DNA of 64,000 bases from Octopus vulgaris (taxonomy: Eukaryota), in assembly GCA_951406725.2 (NCBI GenBank), contig OX597837.1, forward strand, positions 10,292,001 to 10,356,000, in the 5' to 3' direction. Below the pieces are notes generated by a model. The model did not search any database. It had not been told where the DNA came from and was given only the letters and a program-made list of their open reading frames with translations. The position numbers were made by a program, and so were the translations under genes. Each line of letters starts with the position of its first letter. The first letter of the stretch is position 1. This document shows positions 26,654 through 38,890 of this stretch, in pieces.

Positions 26654-26903
26654 TTTTATAAGCTCAAAGCCTATAAGCAGTCACGGTGGATTGACTAAGG
26701 TAAACAGTCCAATATTAGGGCATATAAGCCCCCGACGGAAAAAAAAACAAAAAAAACAGCGTTTGTTCCACGTATAGGACTCGAACCCACACATACAGAT
26801 GTGTGTTCCAGTCCCATGCATACGACAAGGGCTTATATGCCCCAAAATACTGTTTGTCTTAGTCAATGCACGGTGACCGATTATAAGCCTTTAAGCTTAT
26901 AAA
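26654..26903. mobile_element. fold-back MITE with ~75-bp terminal inverted repeats
   Basis: 26654-26731 is an imperfect reverse complement of 26829-26903 (TTATAAGC..GTCAC..ATTGACTAAG..AAACAGT..GGGCATATAAGCCC). Confidence 0.75.
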
Positions 26904-27279
26904 TTTATATATGTGTGTGTATGTGTGTGAGAGAGAGAGAGAGTATTTCTTTATTCACCATAAGGTTGAGAAAAAGAGGGGACAATACGGGGACAGCCAA
27001 AACAAACGTTGGGGTCAGGGTATCGAATGAGACGAAACGTATGAATAAACAAACAATTAAAATATATACAATTTAAATATATACAATTAAATGAGAATGA
27101 GTGATTAACAAAAAATGAAGCGGAGGACGCGGTCGACCCCACAAACCACGTATTCACACTGAAGACTTTGCTTCCTCCTTTTTTGACATTCTCGATTAAA
27201 CAGGTTCTTTCACTCGCAACATACTTGCTAGAGACTTCCATCTTCGAGAGACAGACAGACAACCAGAGACAGAGAGAGG

Positions 27280-27320
<41 letters not shown>

Positions 27321-27366
27321 TGTTTACTAAACGTGAGACGCACATGAAGACGTATTTCTTTCATTT

Positions 27367-27702
27367 TCAGCCGATCTCGCGTAACGACGTGGTTCTCCTT
27401 AGTCTTTTGGATCTTCTTAACAAGAGAATATCTTTTATTGCATCGTCATCAGACAGTAGAGAAAAAACTGTTTGCTCTAACAGATGGCAAAGAAGATCTT
27501 CGCGATAGACTCGACTGATAGATAAAACCGGATCCACCGTAAATGCGTCAACAGCTGTTTGGCGTAAAACCAAATACTCAAACAACGCTCGGGAACTGAA
27601 TGGCTGCGTGCTAGGTGCCACTGACGTCACTTCCGTGCCGGTGGAGTTTACGCTGATCTGGTAATGGCTACCTCGTAGCGCAGTCGACGCAAAATTGTAC
27701 AT
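27367..27702 (-). CDS. hypothetical 111-aa ORF in an exon-like unique island
   Basis: One of the few non-repetitive, protein-like ORFs over 100 aa outside transposons. An acceptor-like TTGCCTTTCTACCCAG lies 30 nt upstream, with an in-frame TAA between it and the ATG. No recognisable domain. Confidence 0.25.
   Translation of the reverse strand: MYNFASTALRGSHYQISVNSTGTEVTSVAPSTQPFSSRALFEYLVLRQTAVDAFTVDPVLSISRVYREDLLCHLLEQTVFSLLSDDDAIKDILLLRRSKRLRRTTSLREIG
27622..27635 (-). promoter_or_regulatory. ETS-CRE composite motif
   Basis: TGACGTCACTTCCG reads CGGAAGTGACGTCA on the - strand: a full CRE palindrome overlapping an ETS site. Confidence 0.4.
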
Positions 27703-27908
27703 CAAAGGTTATGATGGCGATGCGCTACGATCCTGGGTAGAAAGGCAACAATTTTGAGATGGGACAAGTTTATAGGGAGTGGTGGAAATAGATACCGGCA
27801 GGATTTGAAATCAAACCTTGAAAAGCTGGAACAAATACTGCGAAGTAAATTTACCTATGCCCTAAAGATTCTGGTATTTTACAGTTCTTTTAATAATAAC
27901 AATAATGC

Positions 27909-28394
27909 TTTCTACTATAGGCACAAGGCCTGGACGTATTGGGGGACGTATTGGGGGAGAGAAGGTTGTTGATGTTATATCGACCCTGAAAGGATGAAAG
28001 GCAAAAATCGACCCCCGGCGCAATTTGAACTCAGAACGCAAAGACGGACAAAACGCCGCAAAACATTTTCTACGACATCCAAACTATTCTGCCAGCTCGC
28101 CGCCTTCATAATAATAATAACAACAACAACAATAATAATAATAATAACAATAACAATAACGATAATAATAATAATAATAATCTTTTCTACTAGAGGCACA
28201 AGACCTGAAATTTTGCGAAAGGGGACTAGGCGATTACATCGACCACCGTGTTTCACTGGTACTTCATTTATCGACCCCGAAAAGATGAAAGGCAAAGTCG
28301 ACCTCGGCAAAACTTGAACTCAGAACATAGACACGGACGAAACGCCGCTAAGCATTTTGTCCGGCGTGCCAACGATTCTACCAGCTCGCCGCCT
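27909..28394 (-). mobile_element. two tandem SINE family B copies separated by (AAT/AAC)n
   Basis: Both 27909-28105 and 28183-28394 end in CCAGCTCGCCGCC (reverse head) and carry the GATGAAAGGCAAA core. Confidence 0.85.
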
Positions 28395-28705
28395 AAATGA
28401 TAATAATAACAGCGATGACAATCAGAACGCGTGAAAACGTCACCTATATATAAATAAACACCATATATATATATTATATATATATAGTGTTGTTTATTTC
28501 TGTACGTTCAAATGCATAAATTTATCGATTTTTATAAAATTGTTTGATTATGTTCACGACTTCGATTTTGTTAATAGACGGGAGTGTAACAATCGAACAC
28601 ACACAGAAGCAGAATAATAATAATAATGATTGATAGAAGGCATATGATACGCACTCATCAATAGGACATGCTAGACATAACAGCCAAATCGCTCTCAAAT
28701 CAACA

Positions 28706-29030
28706 CTACATCGGACACTATAGTATAAGACAGTTAAAACGCCTGTTTCGTCAAGGTACAACAACGGTTAACATTAGTTCTCAAGCACACATGAATTCAC
28801 ACATACGGACAGTACACATCGGACACTATAGTCGTAAGATACTAACGACAAGGTTGCCACATTTAGAACGCCTTTTTCGTCAAGCACACATGTACTCACA
28901 CACACGCACACACAGTACACATCGGACACTATAGTCGTAGTAAGATACTAACGACAGGGTTGCCATATTTGGAACACCTTTTTCGTCAAGGTACAACAAC
29001 GGTTAACATAAGTTCTCAAACACACAGGAA
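28706..29030. repeat. ~100-bp imperfect tandem repeat, 3 copies
   Basis: CATCGGACACTATAGT...TTTCGTCAAG repeated at ~28709, 28817 and 28920. Confidence 0.85.
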
Positions 29031-29504
29031 TTCATGCACACACACAAATACACACACAGTATGTTAAAAATTGCAACAAAAAGAGTAACGTGTGCGTATA
29101 CAGGATTGTGCAAAATGTGCACGCGGCAGCACCGCGTTTGTGCACCGTTCGTGTGCAGTGCATTATAAACAGAAAAACAAGGTAATTTCCGCTTGATAAT
29201 CAAACGTGCACACGACCCAACAAAACAGCGTAGGGTACACGTGCACTCTGTCACATGCATCTGAATGCGAGTGCACGCGTGCGCCTGTTAGAAGGTCATG
29301 CTTGCGCTGCTATTCGCGCGCGCGTTTGTATGTGCGTGCATGCGCGTGCGCGGGCGGGCGGGCGGGCGTGAGACGATTTTGTCAGTGTGTTCGCGTCAGC
29401 ACAAATGCGTGCGCCTTACGTTATGCATTCGCATGCATATAACATGCGCGCGCGCATCTCTCTCCTACTCTTGCATCCTCATGCCTCTACACGCACAAGT
29501 TCAA

Positions 29505-29552
<48 letters not shown>

Positions 29553-29640
29553 GCGCGCACAGACACACACACGAACATTAAATATATATATATTATTATT
29601 ATTATATTTATATATTATTATATATATTTATATATATATA

Positions 29641-30030
29641 CTCTCTTTTACTTGTTTCAGTCATTTGACTGCGGCCATGCTGGAGCACCGCCTTTGGTCG
29701 AGCAAATCGACCCCGGGACTTATTCTTTGTAAGCCCAGTACTTATTCTATCGGTCTCTTTTGCCGAACCGCTACGTGACGGGGACGTAAACACACCAGCT
29801 TCGGTTGTCAAGCAATGCTAGGGGGACAAACACAGACATGCACAAACACACACATATATATACATACATATATACGACAGGCTTCTTTCAGTTTCCGTCT
29901 ACCAAATCCACTCACAAGGCATTGGTCGGCCCGGGGCTATAGCAGAAGACACTTGCCCAAGATGTGGGACTGAACCCGGAACCATGTGGTTGGTTAGCAA
30001 GCTACTTACCACACAGCCACTCCTGCGCCT
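29641..30030 (-). mobile_element. SINE family A, full length
   Basis: Very similar to 3601-3994; ends CCACTCCTGCGCC. Confidence 0.93.
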
Positions 30031-30278
30031 ATATATATTAATAAACATATATGTTAACATTTTTAATGTCCTAAAGTTGATGAGCCAACTATTGTTCTCC
30101 TCCACTTTCTTACTGGTCTATAAATTAATTACCTTAACTAATTTAGTACACTAGGTAATGTAATTGCAATGCAATAAAAAACACTTGTGTATTAATAATT
30201 GGGTATTCTACCAACAGTATATTGGATAGATATTATCCCTTAGTGGGTTGGACCCACAACCCTTAACTTTCTTGGAGT

Positions 30279-30341
<63 letters not shown>

Positions 30342-30345
<4 letters not shown>

Positions 30346-30764
30346 TAGAAGAAATGAGGTACTCGGAAAATTGGATGGTTTATATTTACAGATATTTATT
30401 TGTATATTACATTTTTTATATATCTTATATAACTTAGATCATGTATTAGCGCTTTCTCCCATCCTAGTGGGGTTTTCAAATTGAACTAAGTTCCTGTGTG
30501 GGGAGTTTTGACCATTTTATAGTGGTATTGAGTTTGTGGTGGTGGGGAGGAATATAAGACAGTACAAGAGGGTGATGGGTGAGGAGAAAGTGAGCATTGG
30601 TAAAAACGGTAAGATAACAAAAAGAAAGAAAGAGACCTCAATATTATGTAAATAGAGGAAATTTATCTGTAAAATAATATGTGACAGCTATTCGGTAGAC
30701 AAGATAAAACTCTGAGTTTCGGATGCCGAGGTGGAAATCCACACCACCATCTCTTCGGTTATCT
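30342..30764 (-). mobile_element. Penelope-like pLTR relic between (TA)n tracts
   Basis: Unique block bounded by TA repeats with a hammerhead-like motif at its - strand 5' end. The class assignment is inferred from that motif. Confidence 0.5.
30702..30764 (-). ncRNA. type I hammerhead ribozyme-like motif (variant/degenerate)
   Basis: - strand reads AGATAA-CCGAAGA-GATG..GTGG ATTT CCAC..CATC-C-GAAAC-TCAGA-GT-T-TTATCT. Stem I is a perfect 6 bp, the CUGANGA core has U4>C, GAAA is present, and the triplet is GUU. Confidence 0.6.
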
Positions 30765-31068
30765 ATATATCTATGTATGTATATATACATATTTATATGT
30801 ATATATGTATCTATGTATGTATATATGCATGTGTATTATTTTCATTTATTCAATGCAGTTTGACCCAAATACAAGCACGCGCAGAAATGCATGCATGTCT
30901 ACACATACACGCATACAAATGTGCATTCGTAAAATCCACCATATATATATATCTCTGTTGTAGTGAGATACACAGATATCATGTTACAAAATAGGTGTGT
31001 ATGACAGATACGCGAAAGGCCACCGCGCACAAGGTGCTCACGCCCATGCTACACCCTTGCAAATATCT

Positions 31069-31101
<33 letters not shown>

Positions 31102-31217
31102 TCTGTGCATATGTATGTGTGTATATGCGCGCGTATTCGCTGCTACGGTCACTGCTCCGGCATTTGGTAAAAAAAATATGAATAAAATTGACAGAGAAGA
31201 TGCATATGTCTATAAAC

Positions 31218-31545
31218 ATATATGTAACCGTCTGTGTGTGTGTGTGTGTGTGTGTGTATTTATACACACACACACACATACATACATATAGAAGTACCCA
31301 TACACAAACGTATATACACATACACACACAAGCATATATATACATATATGTAACCGTATGTGTGTGTGTGCATTTATACACACACACATAATTACCCATA
31401 CACAAACGTATATACACATACACACACATGTATATGTATACATATATGTAACCGTGTGTGTGTGTATTTATACACACATACAGACGTACAGAAGCACCCA
31501 TACACAAACGTATATACACATACACACACAAGCATATATATACAT
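31218..31545. repeat. ~110-bp tandem repeat of microsatellite-rich unit, 3 copies
   Basis: CATATATGTAACCGT...ATTTATACAC...ACCCATACACAAACGTATATACAC repeated three times. Confidence 0.85.
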
Positions 31546-31622
31546 ATATACACACGCACGCATATACAAATACACACAGGAGCATATGTACACACATACA
31601 CACACGCATGTATGTGTATGTT

Positions 31623-31709
<87 letters not shown>

Positions 31710-32106
31710 AACAGACAGACAGACAGGGCAGCTTCCAGTATTGTTCAGAACTTTTGATTAAAACAAACTTATGAATAGAGAGCGTTCCGATCGCGACCGT
31801 CTCGCCCGAGGTAGCCAAACGTGTGATTGCGTCTCTGTGATGGGAGTGAAGGGAATATTTCAGATGATGCCGGTTAAAATTTCAAGGGGTTTTACGGAGT
31901 TGGAGGGGGGGGGGCCCTGTTTGGTATATTTCTACCGGCAAACCCGGTGCAATCTATGTATGTGTGTGTGTGTGTGTGTGAGTGGCAGTAAGGGAGCGCG
32001 ACTACGCAAAGGGCTCTCTTAAAACTGTCGCGTAGTAGTAGTAGTAGTAGTAGTAGCAGCAGCAGTAGTAGTAGTAGTAGTAGCAGCAGCAGCAACAGTA
32101 GTGGTT

Positions 32107-32139
<33 letters not shown>

Positions 32140-32220
32140 CTTTGTTGGCGGCGCGGAGATGTGAACACAGTAAACAAAGATTCTTCTGTAAACTCGACGC
32201 CATTATTCAGTGTAAACACT

Positions 32221-32265
<45 letters not shown>

Positions 32266-32605
32266 CCTTTTTTGATCACGTGATCATGGAGACAAAAAAA
32301 AAAATCATGGGCGCACCGTGCACAAGCAAATGTCAATGACCTGATGCTTGTTGCAACAGAACTGCAGCACCGACAGCAGCCGCAGCAGCAGCACATGCAG
32401 CAGTAGTAGTAATAGCAGTAGTAATTTTCAAGAACTTGCAGACGCCTTCCTCAAATTACTATACATATATATATATATTATATATATATACACGTACATA
32501 CACATATATATGCGCACTCACTTGCATATATGCATATATATACATACAGACATATATGCATATAGACACACACACATACATATATGCGCAATCACTTACA
32601 CATAG

Positions 32606-32658
<53 letters not shown>

Positions 32659-32680
32659 CACACACACACGCGCATATATA

Positions 32681-32791
32681 TCACCGTGACCGACCAGGCT
32701 ATCAGATGTTGCAACATATCGCTGGTCACAATGCGCTTCACATTGTTTTAGCCTTCAAATGACGCCACCCCGCTGGCTAAGCGAGCAGGCC
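32681..32791 (-). mobile_element. 3' end of SINE family C
   Basis: Reverse complement of the GCGCATTGTGACCAGCGAT..CTGGTCG tail of 38205-38495. Confidence 0.7.
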
Positions 32792-33030
32792 ACACGCGCG
32801 CGAACACACATACCGATGCGCGCACTCACAGACATTATATTCTGAGCCAAAGTGAAGGAATGCCCGAGCGGCATTTCTTGTGGCATTGCATTCTGAGTTC
32901 AATCACCGCCAAGGTCAACTTTGCCTTTCATCCCTTTCGGGGGGAGTCAATGGAATAAGAACCGGCATCCCACCCCACCCCCAAAGTTTCAGGCTTTTTC
33001 CTTTTCGCAAGTAGAAAGAATATATATACA

Positions 33031-33385
33031 TGAGTGGCTGTGTGGTAAGTAGCTTGCTTTCCAACCACATGGTACCGGCACCTTGGGCAAATGTCTCTTC
33101 TACTGTAGCCTTGGCCTTGTGAGTGGGTTTGCCAGACGGAAACTGAAAGAAGCCCTTCGTATATGTGTGTGTGTGTGTGTTGTTTGTGTCCCTTCGCCCC
33201 CATCACCATCGCTTGACAACCGATGTTGGTGTGCTTACGTCCCCGCCACATAGCGGTTCGGTGAGAGATATTCCGATAGAAATAAGTACTATGCTTACAA
33301 AGAATAAGTCCTGGGGTCGATCTATTCTACTAAAAGGCATTACTCCAGCATTGCCGCAGTCGAATGACTGAAACAAGTAAAAGAA
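33031..33385 (+). mobile_element. SINE family A, with deletions
   Basis: Head, core and tail are recognisable. Confidence 0.88.
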
Positions 33386-33434
<49 letters not shown>

Positions 33435-33611
33435 GGGGAGAAAGAAAGAGTTTATTAAACCGGAACACTAGCAGTGTGCGCGTGAGTTCGTACACACACA
33501 CAGATGCATGAGTGTGTATGTGCACTCCAACTTATATATATACACACACACATATGCACTCGCGCAGACACACATTGTTAGTATTTGGGTTTAATGACCT
33601 TCTCTGCAGAA

Positions 33612-33643
<32 letters not shown>

Positions 33644-33864
33644 AACATTCCATCAGCCACCATCCATCCACCCGGGTAACGAATATGGGGTAATCCTGAG
33701 TTCAGTCTAATACACCGATTATTTCTCTCCTCCCCTCAGTAACCACTAAGTATTATTAAGTTTTTTTCTTTTACTCATTCTTCTTTTTCTTTTTCCTTTT
33801 TTTCTAAATTGTATTCTTTGGAAGAGGAGATTCCGTTCATACCAATTCTTGACTAGGAAATTAT

Positions 33865-34410
33865 GACCATACGATTGCTGTTTGGAAGATATTGTGTGCA
33901 TACCAGCGCTGCTTTGAGGGAATGGCTTGTGCCCATACCATTATGCCATACCATTGTGTCCATCCGAACGGTGTCTTGAAATGAAGATAATACCCACATA
34001 ATCCTTAAGTGGGGGAAGAGACTGACCATACCATCACTAACGGTCACTGTTAGAGATTGTCCATCATCGGTGTCTGCGAGAAGAGACAACACCATCGCTG
34101 CCTGGAGGTGAACGGCTATGACAATATCAACGGTATCTACTACAGTTTTCGTCTGCCGTTACGTTCTGAGTTCAAATTCCGCCGAGGTCGATTGAATAAG
34201 TACCAGTTACGCACTGGGGTCGATGTAATCGACTCAATCCGTGTGTCTGTCTTTGTTTGTCCCCTCTGTGTTTAGCCCCTTGCGGGTAGTAAAGCAATAG
34301 GTATCTACTACAGTCTGCAAGAAATTGTGTCCATACGATTGCAGCTGGGAAGAATAAGATTGCGCCCACCATCGCTGTCCAAAAAAGAAGTGTCCATACC
34401 ATCGCTATCT

Positions 34411-34463
<53 letters not shown>

Positions 34464-34885
34464 CCATATGACCACTGTCTTAAGGTAAAGACTACGTCCA
34501 TACCATCACTGCATGGCAAAAGAAAGTATGCCCATACCATTACTATCTGGAAGGGAGAGATTGTGTCCATACCATCGTGGTTTAAAGTAAAGGATTATGC
34601 TCCTCGCTGTCTGCAGGATGGAACTAATCCATAGCATTGCTGCAGAGAGGCCAAAATCTGTCCAATACCATCACGATGTAGAATAGAGATGCTATGTTCA
34701 TACCACTGTTGTCTGAGACTCTGATCATACCATTACTGCCATGAGGAAAAGATAATATCCAAACCATCACTCTCTGGGGGCAAACCACGTGTCCGTATTT
34801 TCGCTGTCTGGAAGAAGAGGCTCTGGCCCTTGCCTTCACCCTTTGAAAGACAACGTGCCCAAACCAAAGTCATCTGCACGAAAAT
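33865..34885. repeat. degenerate ~35-bp minisatellite
   Basis: About 20 units approximating CCATACCATCGCTGTCTGGAAGAGAGATTGTGT, interrupted by SINE B and (GA)n. Confidence 0.8.
34147..34299 (+). mobile_element. SINE family B with 15-bp TSD
   Basis: GGTATCTACTACAGT at 34132-34146 and 34300-34314. Confidence 0.9.
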
Positions 34886-34964
34886 ATTGTTATTGTAGCT
34901 TCACTAGTTCAAAGTAAAGAGTGGGTCCTGCTTTCCTGAACTGCAACTCCTGAAACTCTTAGAC

Positions 34965-35178
34965 CAGGGGTGGGCAAACTACGGCCCGCGGACCGCCATA
35001 GGTTTTCATGCAGCCCGCTGAGAGGAATATTTCACAAAATTTCCTTTCAATCAATTGTGTGTTTATAGGTCTATAACCGCCTTTAAAAATATTTTCACTT
35101 GATTTATATAAATGAGGACCGCCAAGGTTCCAAAGACGCACTGTGCGGCCCGCGATCAAAAAAGTTCGCCCACCTCTG
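34965..35178. mobile_element. hAT MITE with perfect 8-bp TSD
   Basis: TIRs CAGGGGTGGGCAAACT / AGTTCGCCCACCTCTG, subterminal CGGCCCGCG motifs, and TSD TCTTAGAC (34957-34964, 35179-35186). Confidence 0.92.
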
Positions 35179-35344
35179 TCTTAGACATTATTGAGTGACG
35201 CTATACGTCCAAGTTCTTTCGTTATTGGACAACGGTCATACTAGGGCACTGTTTTCAAGCTTAAATAGTTTATCAAAGCTCATGGAATCTAAGTGTGGCT
35301 GGGTACTAATATCCCAAAGCTAAGATACTAATCATGACAACCGG

Positions 35345-35575
35345 TCTGATGCCGGTTACAAACATTACAGGCGTGTGCGCGCGACATGGTGACCCCCTAC
35401 CAAGATAAACAGCGCATGACTTTGCAGTTAGGACCCAGTTAGAGTTTTTCTCAGTTGCTGCGTGGCCCACTCCGTTCTAAAGGTCCCCGAATAAGGGCTA
35501 TTTAAGCATGATGAATGAAACACGCATGCTTCCCGGGGCGGGGAAGGCATTTATTCAAACCTAAAAGAAATCCAC
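35345..35575 (-). mobile_element. diverged fragment of the 10115-10636 retroposon
   Basis: GATAAACAGCGCATGACTTTGCAG..CCCAGTTAGA matches 10440-10510 in reverse. Confidence 0.7.
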
Positions 35576-36644
35576 TGCTCCTACACACACACACACACTG
35601 GCTCGGGAATGAAATTTGCTTAGGGGATGCAAACCCAGGTCCAAAAATATTTACAAGGTGGGTTTTTTTGTTGTTATTTGTGTTTTGTTCTTTGAGAAGG
35701 AACCTAACTTCAGGCTACTTTTTACACATCACTTTTTTATTTACCGTTTTCTAAACCCGGGGAAAATAAGAAGGGCTGCAAATTTTGGTTCTGCACTCCA
35801 CAGAAATTCTAGTAGGTGCACTTGCACCACCTGTTCCCGGGCCAATGCACACACACACACACGGTGACAGACTGTCTGCATGCATACACAAATACACAGT
35901 TTCCCCTATGGTCAGCCCGGGGTTATAGTACAAGATACTTGATCATAGTGCCACACGGCGGGACTGAACCTCGAACAGCATGGTTTGCAATGTGAGCTGA
36001 TTAACAACACGGCTGGCATCGACTTGCACACCACCTATATTTCAATTATTACACACATATTTTCTTATTCACTTAGCTTTTAACAATTTCCTTTTCTATT
36101 TATTCAACCAAGTCCCTTAAATATACAAACCATACATACACGCCATCCCTATTCGTTTAACCACCCGATTAATACCCCTCGACTCCTTTTAATTTGTTTA
36201 CTTTCCTATGATTGAATTCGCTACAGGAAAAGTATGGAAGCCCGTCGTGTGTGATGGGAGGTAAGACGTGTATGTGAGAGGGCCTTTGTGTCTGTCTCCC
36301 ACATCCTTCACAACACCTGACAACGGCGTTGGTTTGTTTACGTCCCCGTAAGGTAGCGGCTCAGCAAAAAACGACTGATAAGATAAGCACCAGGCTTATT
36401 TCGGGGTCAATAAAATAAGTACCAGTTAGGTACTGGGGTCGATGTAATCGAATAGTCCCCCTCGCCCAAAATGTCAGGCCTTGTGCCTATAGCAGAAAGG
36501 ATTATTATTATTATTATTATAACAGGTGTGGGAGTTTGGCCGTGCGGTAACATCGTTACACTATAATACTAGTTATCTTAGTGGGAGATGTTTCAAACCT
36601 ATGTAACCGCATCGCTAACTTTCTCATCTATTTGTCTCTACTTA

Positions 36645-36860
36645 AGGCGGCGAGCTGCCAAAGTCGTTAGCAGACCGGACAAAATGCTAACCGGCATTTC
36701 GTCCGTCCTTACGTTCTGAGTTCAAATTCCACCGAGGTCGACTTTGCCTTTCCTCCTTCCGGGGTCGATAAATCAAGTACCAGTTGAACACTTGGATCGA
36801 TGTAATCGACTTGCCCTCTCCTCCCGAAACCGCTGCCCTTGTGGCAAAATTTGAAGCCAT
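36645..36860 (+). mobile_element. SINE family B, full length
   Basis: GGCGGCGAGCTG head, GAGTTCAAATTCC B-box, GTCGACTTTGCCTTTC core and (ATT)n tail. Confidence 0.88.
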
Positions 36861-38204
36861 TATTATTATAACGAGCTCAACTAAGATGCGCCCCCACAGT
36901 GGTGCACCAGAAATTCGACCCCCATAAAAACTTTGGCAAGGGGTCGATGTTCCTTTTGTACGTCCCTACCAATAACCTCGATATACTGGAATGGCCTTTG
37001 TCCTTTATCAAGATACAAGAGTCTCCTAAATATATAACAGCTAATCCATTTAAGCCTACCTACGGTATTTATTACCGCATCTAATTAATTAACTCTTTCA
37101 TAATCATGTTTACATAAGTTTTAAGTATTTTAAATTACCTCCTTTTAAGAATTGCTTCATTAATTGCGGTAACATTACTTAAAACTCACCCATTCTTTCA
37201 ACTAGCCTATGACTTAATCTAATTCATTTCCTTCTAATCATTATGTAACTATCGTAGCCTAACTACAGCAAAGTAACTGACAACTGCCGTTATTATTGAT
37301 TTTGCTAATTATTTAATTAATGAATTTAATTCATTAACCCCACCTTTTCCTCTTCCTTCCTACTGCATCGCGTACATCTTTTATTATAAGTAAATAACTA
37401 AAATAGATCTAAAATTATCACAAACTGCAAAGGCAGTCTTAATTCCTTCTATTAATGTAATTTGTCAGTGCATCTCCGTCTCTTTCTGTTTGTCCGCCCC
37501 ACAAACAACGGAGATGGTTTAGATCTTACTGGATTTGTTTCCCTTGGTTTAGTGTACTGTAAACGAAACCATGAAGTAGAGTGTTACTGTCAAATGACAG
37601 ATAATGCTAGGACATCCATTTGCTACCGAGGATATTTCAGTTAATGAGGCATCTACAATTAACTTTTAATTAAGCAGTATTGTTACTGATAATATTTATC
37701 GCAATATGTAAATTTTTAGAATTTCAATTCGATTTATAATCTCCGTTTGGAAATTAATATTCAATTCGTTAAATATTCATACAGCACTTGTAAAATGGAG
37801 AAAAAAATTAAAAAGAAAATCTAATTTTAATTATAATCAAAAGTATATACCTCACTCGTGATACAATGCAGAAATTTACCTTAATTAAAATTAAATCTAA
37901 AGGGGTTATTCATTTCATTAAAATTCTATCTAATGGACAATTCTATTTATGACAGGAAATTAAGCTGACCAGCTGGTAGGAAAGGTTTAGCTTCCTCATT
38001 TTCCAACTGAAGACCTCATTTGCCCTTTTAGTAACTGGGGCAGTGAACAATTGGTAGAAGGATTGGCTACCTTCGAAACCCTTGACCAGCAAGTAGAAAG
38101 ATGAGTTTAGCGCCATCATATTCAAAACCTAAAAATATTCATCGAAGAAAATTTGTCACTTGACCATTTGCAAAATATATTATCATTAATATGTCAACAA
38201 CAGA

Positions 38205-38495
38205 AGGCGCGTGGTCAAGTGGTCAAGAGCATTGTGCTAATGTCCGCTAGATAGCAGGTTCGATTTCCGAATCGTGCGGTGTGTTGTGTTCATCAAAACG
38301 CTTCACGTCGCTCCAGTCAGTTTACTCAGCTATAAACGAATTACCCTGCGACAGAATCGCCTTCTGGTCAGGGAATATGTTGGCCTTGCGCGCCTAGGTA
38401 AAACCTTTCGAAAGCTAAAAGGATGCAAGGCGCATTGTGACCAGCGATGTACAACAGCATCCGATAGTCTGGTCGATACCCTAAATACCGTGATG
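38205..38495 (+). mobile_element. tRNA-derived SINE family C, diverged
   Basis: A-box TGGTCAAGTGG, B-box GGTTCGATTTCC and central GCTCCAGTC..ACTCAGCT. Tail shared with 32681-32791; a related head lies at 44675-44760. Confidence 0.7.
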
Positions 38496-38890
38496 TTATC
38501 AGGATCAACAAGCCCTCAACCGGTCCTTGATGTATCACTGTAAAATCCTATCCCACTCTTTCGATTTCGAGGTGAGCACCAAACTGTGGCTTCTACATGG
38601 GTGCCGCCTTCTCCTAGGTGAAGGCCCTAAGGGGGCCGGTGAGCTCCACCTACTCTGAAGTTGCCGGAAGGGCGTCAAGTAAAGAACCAGATTGCCTGAA
38701 GGACTCAACTCCCTGATTTTCCGCCCGGGTTTACTCCCCTAGAAGTTAGGGTGTGCTTCGAGTTTTTTTCCTTAACAAGCAACACTAATGCTTAATTAAG
38801 AGTTAATTGAGGATGAATCAGTACTCTCAGTAGCAAACGGAGGTTCCCAGCATGACCTGCCACACAACTCCTTGCACAGATATATTTAAT

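Noticed and set aside
26950-26955. AATAAA on the - strand as poly(A) signal for the 27.4-27.7 kb ORF
   Set aside because: It lies in a decayed SINE B-type tail, so it is not independent evidence of a transcript end.
33865-34885. CRISPR-like repeat/spacer appearance
   Set aside because: The repeats are degenerate, the spacers are homologous to each other, no cas genes are present and the context is eukaryotic.
38031-38091. Possible + strand micro-exon NWGSEQLVEGLATFETLDQQ
   Set aside because: The acceptor is plausible but the donor (CAA/GTAGAA) is weak, and there is no recognisable homology or partner exon.
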